DNA of 64,000 bases from Octopus vulgaris. Its lineage: Eukaryota. Where the stretch lies: assembly GCA_951406725.2 (NCBI GenBank), contig OX597823.1, positions 72,912,001 to 72,976,000 of the forward strand, written 5' to 3'. The notes under the pieces were generated by a model. The model was not told the DNA's origin, did not search any database, and was given only the letters and a program-made list of their open reading frames with translations. This document shows positions 1-11,404 of this stretch, one piece after another; the stretch's first letter is position 1; every line of letters starts with the position of its first letter. The translations under genes were made by a program, and so were the position numbers.

Positions 1-609
1 TTGTTATGATTGTAGGGATGCGGTTGATAGATGTGAGGCTGATAGGAACAGTGACGTCCATGCTTATCATAAAGTCACAAGGGAATTTATACTCAGATGG
101 AAACAACATTATCATAATGATAGTAACGGTGTTGGTGTAGATGATGGATGAGTCTGTAATTGTGGTAGAGATTGTAGTGGTGGTAGTGGTAGTAGTGGTA
201 GAGTTAATGCTTTGGTAGGTTAGTAATATTGTTCTTAATGGTAGTAATGAAACAGAGATAGCCACGGTCTTGTACATGACGTTGTCGATGCTAAAGAGTT
301 TTGAACGTGTGATGGTGTTGATGAATATGTAAGATTGTCTTCTTGTGGTATTATTTTTGTTGTACGTTCGATTAATCTTGATTTCCTTCTTATGGCATTC
401 TATCGTTGACAGTAGTTTAGTTGATGTTACTAGAAGAATTGTAAACAATTGTTTCGTGTTTGTAGTATATTTTCAGTCTTGGTTAGCCACACTGTTATTA
501 CTTATAATCATTTAAGTGCTGGTGGCACTTATTGCTAATGGTGTTAGTGTAGCGTTAGTTTCGATACTGATGTGACTAGTAAAGGCAATCATGAACGAAG
601 AAAATATTC

Positions 610-1005
610 TTTTCTACTCTAGACACAAAGCCCGAAATTTGGGGGGAGGGGACCAGTCGATTACATCGACCCCAGTACGCAAAAGGTACTTAAGTTATCT
701 ACCCCGAAAGGACGAAAGGTAAAGTCGCCGTCGGCGGAAGTTGAACTCAGAACATAAAGACAGACGAAATACCTATTTCTTTGCTAACCATAAGGGGCTA
801 AACACAGAGAGGACAAACAAGGACAGACAAACGGATTAAGTCGATTATATCGATCCCAGTGCGTAACTGGTACTTATTTAATCGACTCCGAAAGGATGAA
901 AGGCAAAGTCGAATTCGGCGGAATTTGAACCTAGAACGTAGCGGCAGATGAAATGCCGCTAAGCATTCTGCCCGGCGTGCTAACGTTTCTGCCAGCTCAC
1001 CGCCT
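610..1005 (-). mobile_element. tRNA-derived SINE family A, internally duplicated copy
   Basis: Minus strand begins ggcggtgagctggcagaaacgttagc (A-box-like), followed by GGTTCAAATTCC (B-box) and the body motif gcctttcatcctttcgg..gtcga...agtaccag, which occurs twice. The same sequence recurs at 22085, 39703 and 60432. Confidence 0.75.
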
Positions 1006-1180
1006 TGGGTACGATAAAAAAATTGCTAACAAGATAAAGAAACTTATCTTTTTGTCAATGGTAGTAATAATTATTGTTTCTAGAATTGAAACACGTAAGA
1101 ATGATTGAATTTTAAATGAGCTAAATCCCTTCCTTTAATCTAATTTTCATTCATTTTATAAAAACAATATAAACCATACG

Positions 1181-1452
1181 GTTGTGTCTGGGGAGAGTCA
1201 GTTTCTTTTTGCACTTTATAATTTAACAGACTCACCGGTAAAATTTCCACTGATCTCTTATTTTTATGTTTCTAAAATTGTCGTTGCGTCTTGCAACCTT
1301 TTCAATAGTTTTCGAGAGTCAAGACTACTGAAGAGGTTGCAAGACGCAACGAAAATTTTAGGAAAATAAAAATATGAAATTTGTGGAAATTTTACCTGTG
1401 AGTGTGTAAAATGATAAGGCATAAAAAGAAAATGGCTCTCCCCAGACACAAC
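1181..1452. repeat. Imperfect fold-back (inverted repeat, ~130-bp arms), probably PLE-derived
   Basis: gttgtgtctggggagagtca... pairs with ...tggctctccccagacacaac. The overlapping +/- ORFs are near mirror images of each other. A related single arm lies at ~29170-29295. Confidence 0.85.
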
Positions 1453-1647
1453 AGAATATGCTTCATCACACGAACTCAAATAAAAAATCATGCAAAACAA
1501 ATCCAAAAACGAAATGTAAACCATGCTGTTGTCAAACGGAAATTTAGAGAAATTTTATAGAATATCACCGCAAGATCATTTTACTAGGCAGTTCCATGGC
1601 CCTGCCATATAGTATTAGTCATGTCGTTTAGTTTACGCAATACTATA

Positions 1648-1923
1648 TGTGGTAAGTATGGTATTGAGCTGAAGCTGTGTTGAAGGCGGGAGTGGGAGTG
1701 TGAGTAGGCCCTGTCCGGAGTCCCTTAGTACGGAAGTGCTGAAGAAAGCATGCGCAGCGGTGATAGGAAGAGGTCAGAGGGCAACCGGACAGCGTGAAGG
1801 CAAGAGTGTGTGCACAACGAAGAGAAGAGAACGCCCACATGGGTAGTGAGAGAACGCTCCCTCCAGATCGACAGGTAAGGAAGCCTAAATTGTCCTTTTT
1901 TCTAATTTCCTCTTCATACCACA
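1648..1923 (+). mobile_element. 5' LTR of a Ty3/Gypsy retrotransposon
   Basis: 276-bp GC-richer segment bounded by TGTGGTA...TACCACA (TG...CA inverted termini), directly upstream of gag. Confidence 0.65.
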
Positions 1924-1986
1924 AGCTATTTTAGCTCATTGCGTAGCGCTCAAAGGAAAAAAAAAACTAGTTTTCAGCGGTAAAAT

Positions 1987-2750
1987 ATGGCATCGAAAAT
2001 TAGATTCGGCAACGACATGTTGAGACCATTCTCCGGCCAAGGCGACATGGTGGCTTGGATAAAGAAGGTGAAGCTAGTTGCAAAATTACAAGGAATACAG
2101 GACCCAACCAGCCTCCTACCATTGTATTTAGAATGTAGCGCACTGAGCCTGTATCTAGAGATGCTGGAGGGCGATCAGCAAAAGATCGAAAAGATCGAGG
2201 AACGGTTAAAAGTTGATTATAGGGAGGGAGCCTTTAAGGTGTATAGTAAGCGCGAAAGCGTGAACTGGACCGGAGAACAGGTCGACGATTATGCGAGTGA
2301 AATTAGGAGATGGTGGCTTTAGCAGGGATTTCCGGCGAGGCAATAGAGTGTTGTGAGGTTGCCCTTTGTGACTGTATTTCTCGATCACATTTCAATAAGT
2401 TTGTAGCAGCTACCGGGTATCTACACCATACCAGTGAGCGAGGTGATAGAGCGTACTCGCGTCATGACTCAGAACAACACACGCGATGTAGTTTGTACGA
2501 TGACGGAGACGAAACTGACATAGAGGCGAATCGAAGATAGCAGGAAGAAGAATGAGGCGAGAGAAGCTGGGCGAACGATGAAGGACCATGTTTCAGATAT
2601 CTGGGTCCTCATATAGTCAGAGACTGCACGGCACCGAAACCGGAAGTGATGTGCAACCGGTGTGACCAGCCCGGACACATTACTAACCAATGTAAACAGG
2701 GAAACGGATGGAAAAGAGCTACTGCGCCGGTAGCTACCCCGCCAACCGCT
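1987..2750 (+). pseudogene. gag: Gypsy gag (frameshifted, internal stops) with two zinc knuckles
   Basis: Gag-like N-terminus (PFSGQGDMVAWIKKVKLVAKL...LLPLYLE). The frame from 2583 reads GPCFRYLGPHIVRDC...CNRCDQPGHITNQC; the second knuckle is an intact CX2CX4HX4C. Confidence 0.8.
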
Positions 2751-2925
2751 TAGAGGCGCACTCGCACTCACTGCCAATAATAAACGTTCAGGTGCTGTCG
2801 AGAGAGGCCCGAGCCCTTGTGGATACTGGTTGCGCTACAAATTTGGTGACGGTAAAAATGGTGACTAGCTGGTGCGGTAACCCACATCTAAGTGCGGTGG
2901 ATAGCAGGAAAGTGAGGTGCAGAGG
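2708..2925 (+). pseudogene. pol: Retroviral-type aspartic protease (5' end of pol), truncated
   Basis: LPIINVQV...ARALVDTGCATNLV contains the DTG active site. The sequence switches to an unrelated AT-rich repeat at ~2925. Confidence 0.8.
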
Positions 2926-3091
2926 CGAAGACTGTTTGATTTCATTATTTTCTTCTTTTTACCTATGTGACTTACAAGTAGTGTTTCCTGTGGAGACATA
3001 TTTTGTAGGAAAAAGAAATAGCGGTCTTTTGGCTACTATTTCTAAATTTTCAGTATGTGGTGAAGCAACTTTGTGGCTAAACCTTTAATTA
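2926..3091 (+). repeat. Non-coding PLE-tail-like repeat ending near (AT)n
   Basis: Reverse-complement match to 28900-29076 (gaagactgttt...ctatttctaaattttcagtatgtggtgaagcaac...taaacctttaatta). Confidence 0.6.
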
Positions 3092-3391
3092 TTGTTATAT
3101 ATATATATATAATAATAATGGGTAAAATTAATTAATCAATTAATAATTAATAATTTTACCATGTCAGTCGGAATGTTAAAAGAACCATTATCAGTAAACT
3201 TATACAAAAATTCAATAAATATGAGCATGACTATAATTAGCGTTCAGCAAAATTTGTTTCACCACATGCCGAAATTTTAAAATAGCAGTTAAAATAGTAT
3301 TCTACCACCATAAGATATCTCCCAGACAGCAATACTCAAAAACCCACGCAGGTAAAGAGAAACAAATAACGAATCCACCCGGCTTTGATTA

Positions 3392-3474
3392 ACTGTATAC
3401 GCGTTTCAGGGTTAGAGAGATGTAAAAAATGTAAAAACATATTTCTACTCACTCATTCCCTTCATCAGTACAGT
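3392..3474 (-). ncRNA. Minimal type I hammerhead ribozyme (predicted)
   Basis: Minus strand: actgta-CUGAUGA-aggg[loop]ccct-GAAA-cgcg-UA-tacagt. Helix I actgta/tacagt, helix II aggg/ccct, palindromic helix III region, GUA cleavage triplet. Confidence 0.75.
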
Positions 3475-4454
3475 ATTTCAAATTTCAAATTTGAGAGCAC
3501 TGATGATTAACATACGCATTCGTTTATATATATATATATATACGTGTGTGTGTGTTTATGTGTGTTTGTGTGTGTGTGTTGAGAGGGGGAGATAGAGCTG
3601 AATAAACTGATAGATTCATACATACATATATACATACATAAATACATAAGCGGGTTTATATGTGTATGTGTGAGGACTCTGATTATATGTTTGTGTATAT
3701 ATGTGTATCTGTGTGTATGTGAATGTACGCGTGTGCGTATGTACCTGCGCATACGTATACTTTATATGTTATTCTTATAATGTACTACGCTGTTTGAAAC
3801 AGTTTTGAGATACGCGTAATAAGATTCTTGAACGCCGTTTCCTTTACATTTGATGTTCTTGTTTAATTCTGCCTGATAATGTTGATTTATTAACCATCGG
3901 AAATTACAACACATATTCATGGTATTATTTGTAGTCATCTTTCATTATTAGATTCTATTTCTCCCGATATCGAACACATCTTTGGTAACGTATTTCAGAT
4001 AGTGCAAAAACAGCGTGGAGAAAGAGCGAACGGTAAAGAATGAAATGAACGGAGTGGGGGAAAGAGAGAGAAAAGAGGGGGTTGAGCAATAAATTGTAAA
4101 GAGATGCATTCAGTGAGGCTCAAATAATGACATCCTCTTTTTGTAGTTCTGTAGATTATTTGAACTAAGATAAAAGAGTAAATGATGGAAGGCAATTAAA
4201 CTTCTCGTGAAGACACATCCACATCCACACACACACTCCATCCCATAAATATGTATATATGTACACATATTTGTGTGTGTGTGTGAGTGAAATGGTGTTA
4301 CTGAATAAAAAATAGTATATTTTTTTTTATATATAATCTTTTTTATATATAATATAATCTTTAGGGATATCAAAAAGTGAAATTGTGGAACTCTGACTAC
4401 ATAATAACCGCACGTAATATTAATCGATCTGTGTGGTATGTTTATTTGCATAGC

Positions 4455-4541
4455 TATGTGTCTGTCTGTCTATGTATGTATGTATGTATGTATGTATGTA
4501 TGTATGTATGTATGTATGTATCTGTCTATCCATCTGTCTAT

Positions 4542-4600
<59 letters not shown>

Positions 4601-4627
4601 GCTATCTATCTATCTATCTATATATAT

Positions 4628-4658
<31 letters not shown>

Positions 4659-4905
4659 CATTTATCTATCTATCTATCTCCCTTTCTTTCTATCTATCTA
4701 TCTTTATTTTTCTCTTTTATATATATGTGTGTATCTGTATTTCTTTGTATATCTGTGTACATATGCGTAGCGTGCGAATGTTTGTGGGGTGCGCGTGCGT
4801 GCGTGCGTTCGTGTGTGTATGTGTGTGTGTGCGTGCGTGCGTTCGTGTATGTGTGTGTATGTTTGTGTGTGTATGTTTGTGTGTATGTGTGTGTGTATGT
4901 GTGTG
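4455..4905. repeat. Compound microsatellite (TATG)n-(TATC)n-(TA)n-(TG)n
   Basis: Seen directly. One of many such tracts (e.g. 8690-9215, 27840-28050, 35620-35830, 43505-43690, 47430-47760, 58580-58810). Confidence 0.95.
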
Positions 4906-7262
4906 CTTGTTTGGATAAATACAATTGAATATTTGTCCGACCGCTTTTTTGAATAAAGTGCCGAAAGCGTTTTAACTATGATACTTTGACCTGAATGATT
5001 CTATCAATGAAATGAATGATCAGGAATTTAACTGAAATAAAATAATTATCAAAAAAAAAAAAAAAATCAAATGTAGGGAAGAAAAGAAAGAAAGTTCTAA
5101 CAAATTCTTTATACTCACACTCAAAAGTATGGTATGCATCTAGCTTCAGGAGTCGCCTCTGTAAGTCTAATCCACATTATAAACAGAATACTTTATTTGC
5201 AAAGCTGTTCTGTTATTTATTTAGTTGCTAGTTGCCCTATACGTGAACGACTAATGTATTGCACAGCACTGGCCTTCGGATTGTGTTGGATTTTTGAATT
5301 ATTTTTTACTTATTGATTTTCCTTTTAAGTGAAGTCTCTTTTGTGAACAGAATGGGATTGTTGTACCTCTTATGTAAATATATGAAAGAGCTCACCGATA
5401 TCAATATTTTGCGTGTGATAAAGGATATATAAGTAGTAAGGAGAACCAGGTTTTAGCTATAAAATACACGTATTTTCTGGAAAAGATCAATAGAGATCCT
5501 AAATATATGTTCCCATCTAAATAGATGAGAACCAAAAAAATCAGTCTAAAGACGATCAAAAATAATTTAAGATAAAATATATATGTGTTTAACTAATTTA
5601 GTTTTCCCTAATATAATGTAATTTTCAATAGATGTTATTATTCGCTGAATTAATTGCATTTTTATGTTGCAGTATATTGCTGATAGGAAATCTATTACAG
5701 CTTTAATATTCTTGCATTCTTAAGGACGCAGAGGAAATATGAAGGATATTGTTATAGTTTCGAAGATAGATATATTATTTCCAATGCAATTAATGTTAAG
5801 AAGCAATTACAAATAATCTCGAACACAATATATAATGGCCTAGTGTAACATTGTTTATATAAAGATAGATTTTAGTTTCCACTCTATGAAGAAAAACTAT
5901 AAACCACTTGTTTTTAAAAGTAATTTCTCCATGACAATAAAAAGGAGTGATCATTTGAACTAGATTTAATTATATTGCTGGATTTTCTACAGTTTTTTTT
6001 ACAAATTTTAATATATATTGCATAATGTTTCCGCTGTGTAAGCCGTTTATACATCAAATACGTGCGCGGACGCCACACTCACACGCATGCATACACTTAC
6101 ATATACGTACTTTCATATATTGCTATATGCTTTGTAAAAAATATATAAATTGTTTACCCTTTATACTCGTGTCACTGTGGTCAGTAAACAAAACTAATAT
6201 TTACCTATTAATCTGTAAGTATGTTCTTAATTATATTTTATCGCATTTATTGCGCTTGAAATAGGTATTGCTATTCTTCCAATGATATTTAGTTCAGATT
6301 TCACTAGTTTTCTATTTTTCTGTATACTTTGCTTTTCTTACTAATTTTTTGAGTTAATTTAGCTTACCCAAGTGTTTCTTTGAGCAGATTACATTATAGA
6401 CTTCGAATTACATATTTTTATGAAAAGGATAAACCTAAAGTTTCATATTTAAACTTCAAATATCATAGGAAGGATCTGTTTCTCATATAATTGCAGTTTT
6501 ACACCCACATTGACACTGTATCCTTACGCTGTTTATTTAATACTATAAGCACTTCTGCCAAGGATACATTTTAGAGAAAAAAGAAAACCCGAAATTTTAT
6601 ATCATTAGTGGGGATTACTTAATGGAAATGGACACAAGAAGGAAGTGAAATTGCATTGTATTCTCGAATATTAACATCTGCTCAATAGCGGTAGGCATAC
6701 CTTTCATGTATGAAAAAAAAATTGTTACAAAATAATTAGGTGCTATGTTTTAAGCTAAAGGCCACGGAAGGCGACACACGCATTTGTCAAGAATATGACG
6801 GTTGATTAATCATATAGTAATATCAACATTACCATTGAACAAAACATCAAGGACTTCTCTGACTGATTAGGTTTTAGAAATACCAGTCAAAAAAATGCAT
6901 CAAACATCATCTTTATGAGTTAAAAAATAATGAGTGCTTGTCAAAGTAGCATTAGATATAACATATTTGAATAGAGTTATGTTGGTCAAAGTGAAAATGT
7001 CTTTTCGCATTGGTATTGTTTCATCACAACTACATTCTAAGAAACAAGAGCAACAATAACATGAGCGAAAACAAAACAACAATGACAATATTAGAACTTT
7101 CTTTGTGAAATCATGTCTTAGTATAACAAGGACGCATTGAAAAGGTAGTTTAAGGCATTGAAAAATGAAAGCAGGTTCAGTGTAGTAGTGCTGTTGATCA
7201 TGCGTTGCTCATTTAAGCGTGATTGCAGAGTTACAAACAACAACACTATTAAACAACTATAC

Positions 7263-7832
7263 TATTGGGTTGTCCGGAAAGTTCGTGTCGATTTATAGTA
7301 GATTGCCTATCGACTTATTTTAGAACATGGTTGAGTCCATAAAATAGGATTTGACTACAGCTCCATTTAGAGCACAGTTTAAGCGATCTTTTCATGGAAG
7401 AAGGTTTATGTTCCTATAACCTGTGTTAATTATGTAACCCTTTAAAATGGAAGATAAGAAAGTTCATTTTCGGCACTTGATGCTTTGGGAACCAAACAAA
7501 AATTGCTGCAGCTCGGCTGGGATGTGTTACCTCACCCTCCATATTCACCGGATATTGCCCCTTCGGATCTCCACTTATTCAGGTCTCTGCAGAATAGTCT
7601 TAATGGTAAACATTTCAATTCCTTGAATGACGTAAAAAGATACGTTGATGAATTCTTTGCCATGAAACCACTTCAATTCTGGGAAGAGGGTATTTTCAAT
7701 TTAAAGGAAAGATGGAGAGGTATTGTGCAACAAAATGGTTCATGTTTGGTTGATTAAAAATGTAACGGCAAGTATTTATTCACCTTTTTCTTTCCTTTAA
7801 AAATCGGCTCGAACTTTCCGGACAAACCAATA
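7263..7832 (+). mobile_element. Non-autonomous mariner deletion derivative (570 bp including TA TSDs)
   Basis: TIRs ttgggttgtccggaaagttcg / cgaactttccggacaaaccaa with TA flanks. Transposase N-terminus MEDKKVHFRHLMLWE is fused to the C-terminus LGWDVLPHPPYSPDIAPSDLHLFRSLQN. Confidence 0.92.
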
Positions 7833-8834
7833 TTTTTATGATGAGAACCGTTCGTTGCTGTGCTTGATGCACTTTCTCGCCATCTCTGATCCAACAACGA
7901 AGACCTTAGTCTGAATGTGATCAAGCAGTATCCGTATCTAGGTTTTGAATGTAAGACCATCTTGAGGCTCCATGAAAAGTATTGACTGAAGGGAAAATAT
8001 TCATTCCTCATATATAACAGTTGCGCAAATGAAATGTAAGTGATTGATTGTTGCATGGAAGCAGAACCATGGATTCCAGTCAACTGTTGCATAATCCTTC
8101 GACCATAAGATTCCCAATTTAATCGTACATGTTAAACTAATAATTTAAATTCTGGTGAATAGAGAACGTTTTAAGATGAAAATATTAAAGTATCCGTTTC
8201 GAAAATATTTCTTTCCAAATTGCGAATCAAAGTGAAAAAAACAGCGTTAGAGTAATTTCTAGTATAATAGTTTGAAGAAAGCATTGTATGTCAAATGCAT
8301 TGTGACATTGAGCAAAACCAAGCTGAATAATGCAAGGTTTAATATTGTTTGATGTTTCATATTGTTTGCTCGCACCTTAGAATGATTATGACAAGATTAA
8401 AGGCAATGCTATAAGGCATATTCTATTGAAGTTCGCTCAATACATCTGGTGTATTTCAAAGTAACATAGAGTCAGATCTTTCATAAACATATTTGTTCCT
8501 AAATCTATAGATGATGCAAATTTATTATGCATCATCGAGTCAGTTACTCCGCCCACAGAATGTTGGAGCTTACACGGAAATACAGGCAAACGTTGCAGAA
8601 ATATTTCAGGCAGCTTATAAATCGTATTTTCTATCCAACATCAATCTTCCATTCTTTTTTCTCTTTTATTTTTTCTCTTCATCCCTCATTATGTACGCAC
8701 ACTCGCACACGCATGCACACACACACACATACACATACACATACACACACAAACACTCGTATATATATGTACATACACACACACACACACAAATATATGT
8801 ACTTATATATATTCAGGTAAATATACATATATAC

Positions 8835-8873
<39 letters not shown>

Positions 8874-8993
8874 CATACAAGTATATATATATTTGTATTT
8901 GTATATATGTATATATATACATATATATGCATATATATTTTAGTGCCCTTTTTTCCACCTTGTTTCACATTTATGTGCTCACTCCGGTATATA

Positions 8994-9037
<44 letters not shown>

Positions 9038-9061
9038 CATATATATACATTTTTATTTATA

Positions 9062-9110
<49 letters not shown>

Positions 9111-9217
9111 ATATATTATATGCGTATATATATATATATATATACATACATATACGCATATATTATACACACACACTCGCAGTCACACATACACATACGT
9201 GTGTGTGTGTGTGTATC

Positions 9218-10096
9218 GAGCAAAAATGTTACTCTAAAAATATGTCTAAGAGATCAACGCAGTAGCTGTATGAACACGTAAAGCTAGTAGCCACTTCAAA
9301 ATGACTGTCCGTTCAAATGGACTTTACTGCGACTTTTAAACCTCAAGAGGACATTACCTTCAGCTGGTTAACCATGCATAGCTACACTCGAACTATTGGG
9401 AGCAGGGGAGTGAACTCCTGCCACATTCAAGCGACAGGACCAGGAGGCCAGCCTATATTTCTCCTTTGGTTCATTACTGAACACCTCATCTGATAGAGAT
9501 CCCAGTAGCTCGCTTCTGCTCGCAATATATGTAATTTCAAGTGCCATAAAGTTGCCTGATTTTGCAACCGGTAAAAGTGCTAGTTTTAAAATTATTTCTA
9601 AGAGATCAACGCAGTAGTTGTACTAACGAGTAATGGCTGTCCTTTCGAACGGACTTCATTGTGATTTTAACCAGCTAGAGGAGTTGACCTCTTTGAGTTA
9701 CAAATCGCAGGAAAGTCCTTTCGAAAGTCATGTTTAAGGGAATGAGAACATTACTTGTTAGTAAAACTACTGCGTTGATCCCTTAGAGAGATTTTAGAGC
9801 TATAAGCTTCGCTTGTTGGAAAATCAGCGATTGTATGTCGCTTGAAATTATATATATTGCGAGCAGAAGCGAGCTTCTACCATTTCTGGCAGACGAGTTG
9901 TCCAGTATTGAAGAGAGGCAGAAATAGCCCGAAACAAGGCTGGTCTACTGGTCCAGTCGCTAGAATGGTTCGCTCCCTTACTTGTAATATATCGGATGCA
10001 GCTGTGCATCGATAACCAGCTAGAGGAGATGTCCTCTTGAGGTTTAAAAGTTGAAGTAAAGTCCGCTCGAACGGATAGCCATACTAAAGTGGCTAC
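9218..10096. repeat. Diverged ~352-bp repeat: 1.4 direct copies plus one inverted copy
   Basis: ctaagagatcaacgcagtag at 9246 and 9598, with its reverse complement at ~9767. Further blocks (aaacctcaagaggacat, tctgctcgcaatatat) are mirrored in 9840-10060. A related fragment lies at 40962-41100. Confidence 0.75.
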
Positions 10097-10121
10097 AAAC
10101 ACACACACACGCACACAGATA

Positions 10122-11344
10122 TACTGTGTGTGATAGGTAAATTGTCACCGTTTTATATATCTTTTATTTCGCGGAGGTGCAATGTTCGATTTTGATTTTG
10201 TCGACTACATAGTACAGTAGTGTCAATTGAGTACCGTTTGTGAGAGAAACAGCACCATGACGCAATGCACTCTGTCAGAAATTTACAAAGGATTCGGAAA
10301 GAGTTAGATGAATCTAATGGTAATTAAGAAGGTAGGACAGCTCAGAAAAGTCACTCTCATTGTTCTGATAATAAAAAAACACTCCAGGCCACGACTGACA
10401 AGGATCTCTCCAAGTCAATTAAGTCTATCGCCAAGGACATGGGAGTGCCTGAGTTTCTTATCAGGCACTTAGTGCATGAAGACATTCGGTATTACTCATA
10501 CAAATGAGAAAGGGCCACTATTTATCCTAAGCTATGAAGGACAAGAGGAAAGATGGCGCTATGCAACTTCTGAACAAACACAAGCATCCCCTCCAACCAA
10601 ACATGCTTTGGATTTTCTCAGACGAGAAAAGGTTTCTGCCAGGATCAGAACAACTGTTGGTTTGCCGTGTCCCCAAAACATATACCAAGGGTGATAAAAA
10701 CCAAACATCCAGTCAACATCATGGTGTTTGGAGTGATCACTAGTGATGGCGACGCTATGTCTCCGTTCATCTTCCCACACGACATCAGACTCAAGACGGA
10801 GGCTTATATCAAGTGCTGGGAGGAGGTATTACTACTCTTGGTCAAGAGGATGGCTGCTGGAAGACACTATGTCTAACAACAGAACTCTGCACCATGCTAC
10901 ACAAGCAGGAGTACCCAGTCATGGCTCTCAGACCATTTTTGCAACCACATCACCCTTAACATCTGGCCACCTAACTTCCCAGACTGCTATTCCCTTGATT
11001 ATTATTTGTCGAACGCAGTTGAGCAAGAAACCAACAAAACTCCTTGTAACACCAAAGATGAACTGTAGGCAAAGATTATTATTTGTCGAACGCAGTTGAG
11101 CAAGAAACCAACAAAACTCCTTGTAACACCAAAGATGAACTGTAGGCAAAGATTATGGCAGCATTCACCACCTTAAACAAGATCACTGCTCAGAAGAGTT
11201 GTAGATTTTATTGAAAAATATTTACACATTAGTATTTTGAGATATTTTAATATAATTTTGGTAACTATATCGGTTAAATTGAGATTTCAGGGTTATTTTC
11301 ATTTGTGCGTTATTTAGATAAAAAATTATTCACCGCACGCTGTA
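10122..11344 (+). mobile_element. Degenerate Tc1/mariner-superfamily transposon, maT/DD37D-like
   Basis: Transposase remnants WIFSDEKRF, TKHPVNIMVFGVITSDG, QQNSAPCYTS and WPPNFPDCYSLDYY. Imperfect TIRs tactgtgtgtgatagg / caccgcacgctgta with TA ends. Confidence 0.8.
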
Positions 11345-11404
11345 TATATATAATTAATATGAATAGCAGTTTGCAATGATTCACCATAAAGGAATACTGC
11401 AACT

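Noticed and set aside
2926-3088. C-terminal part of the 126-aa protease ORF
   Set aside because: It is read-through into an unrelated non-coding repeat.
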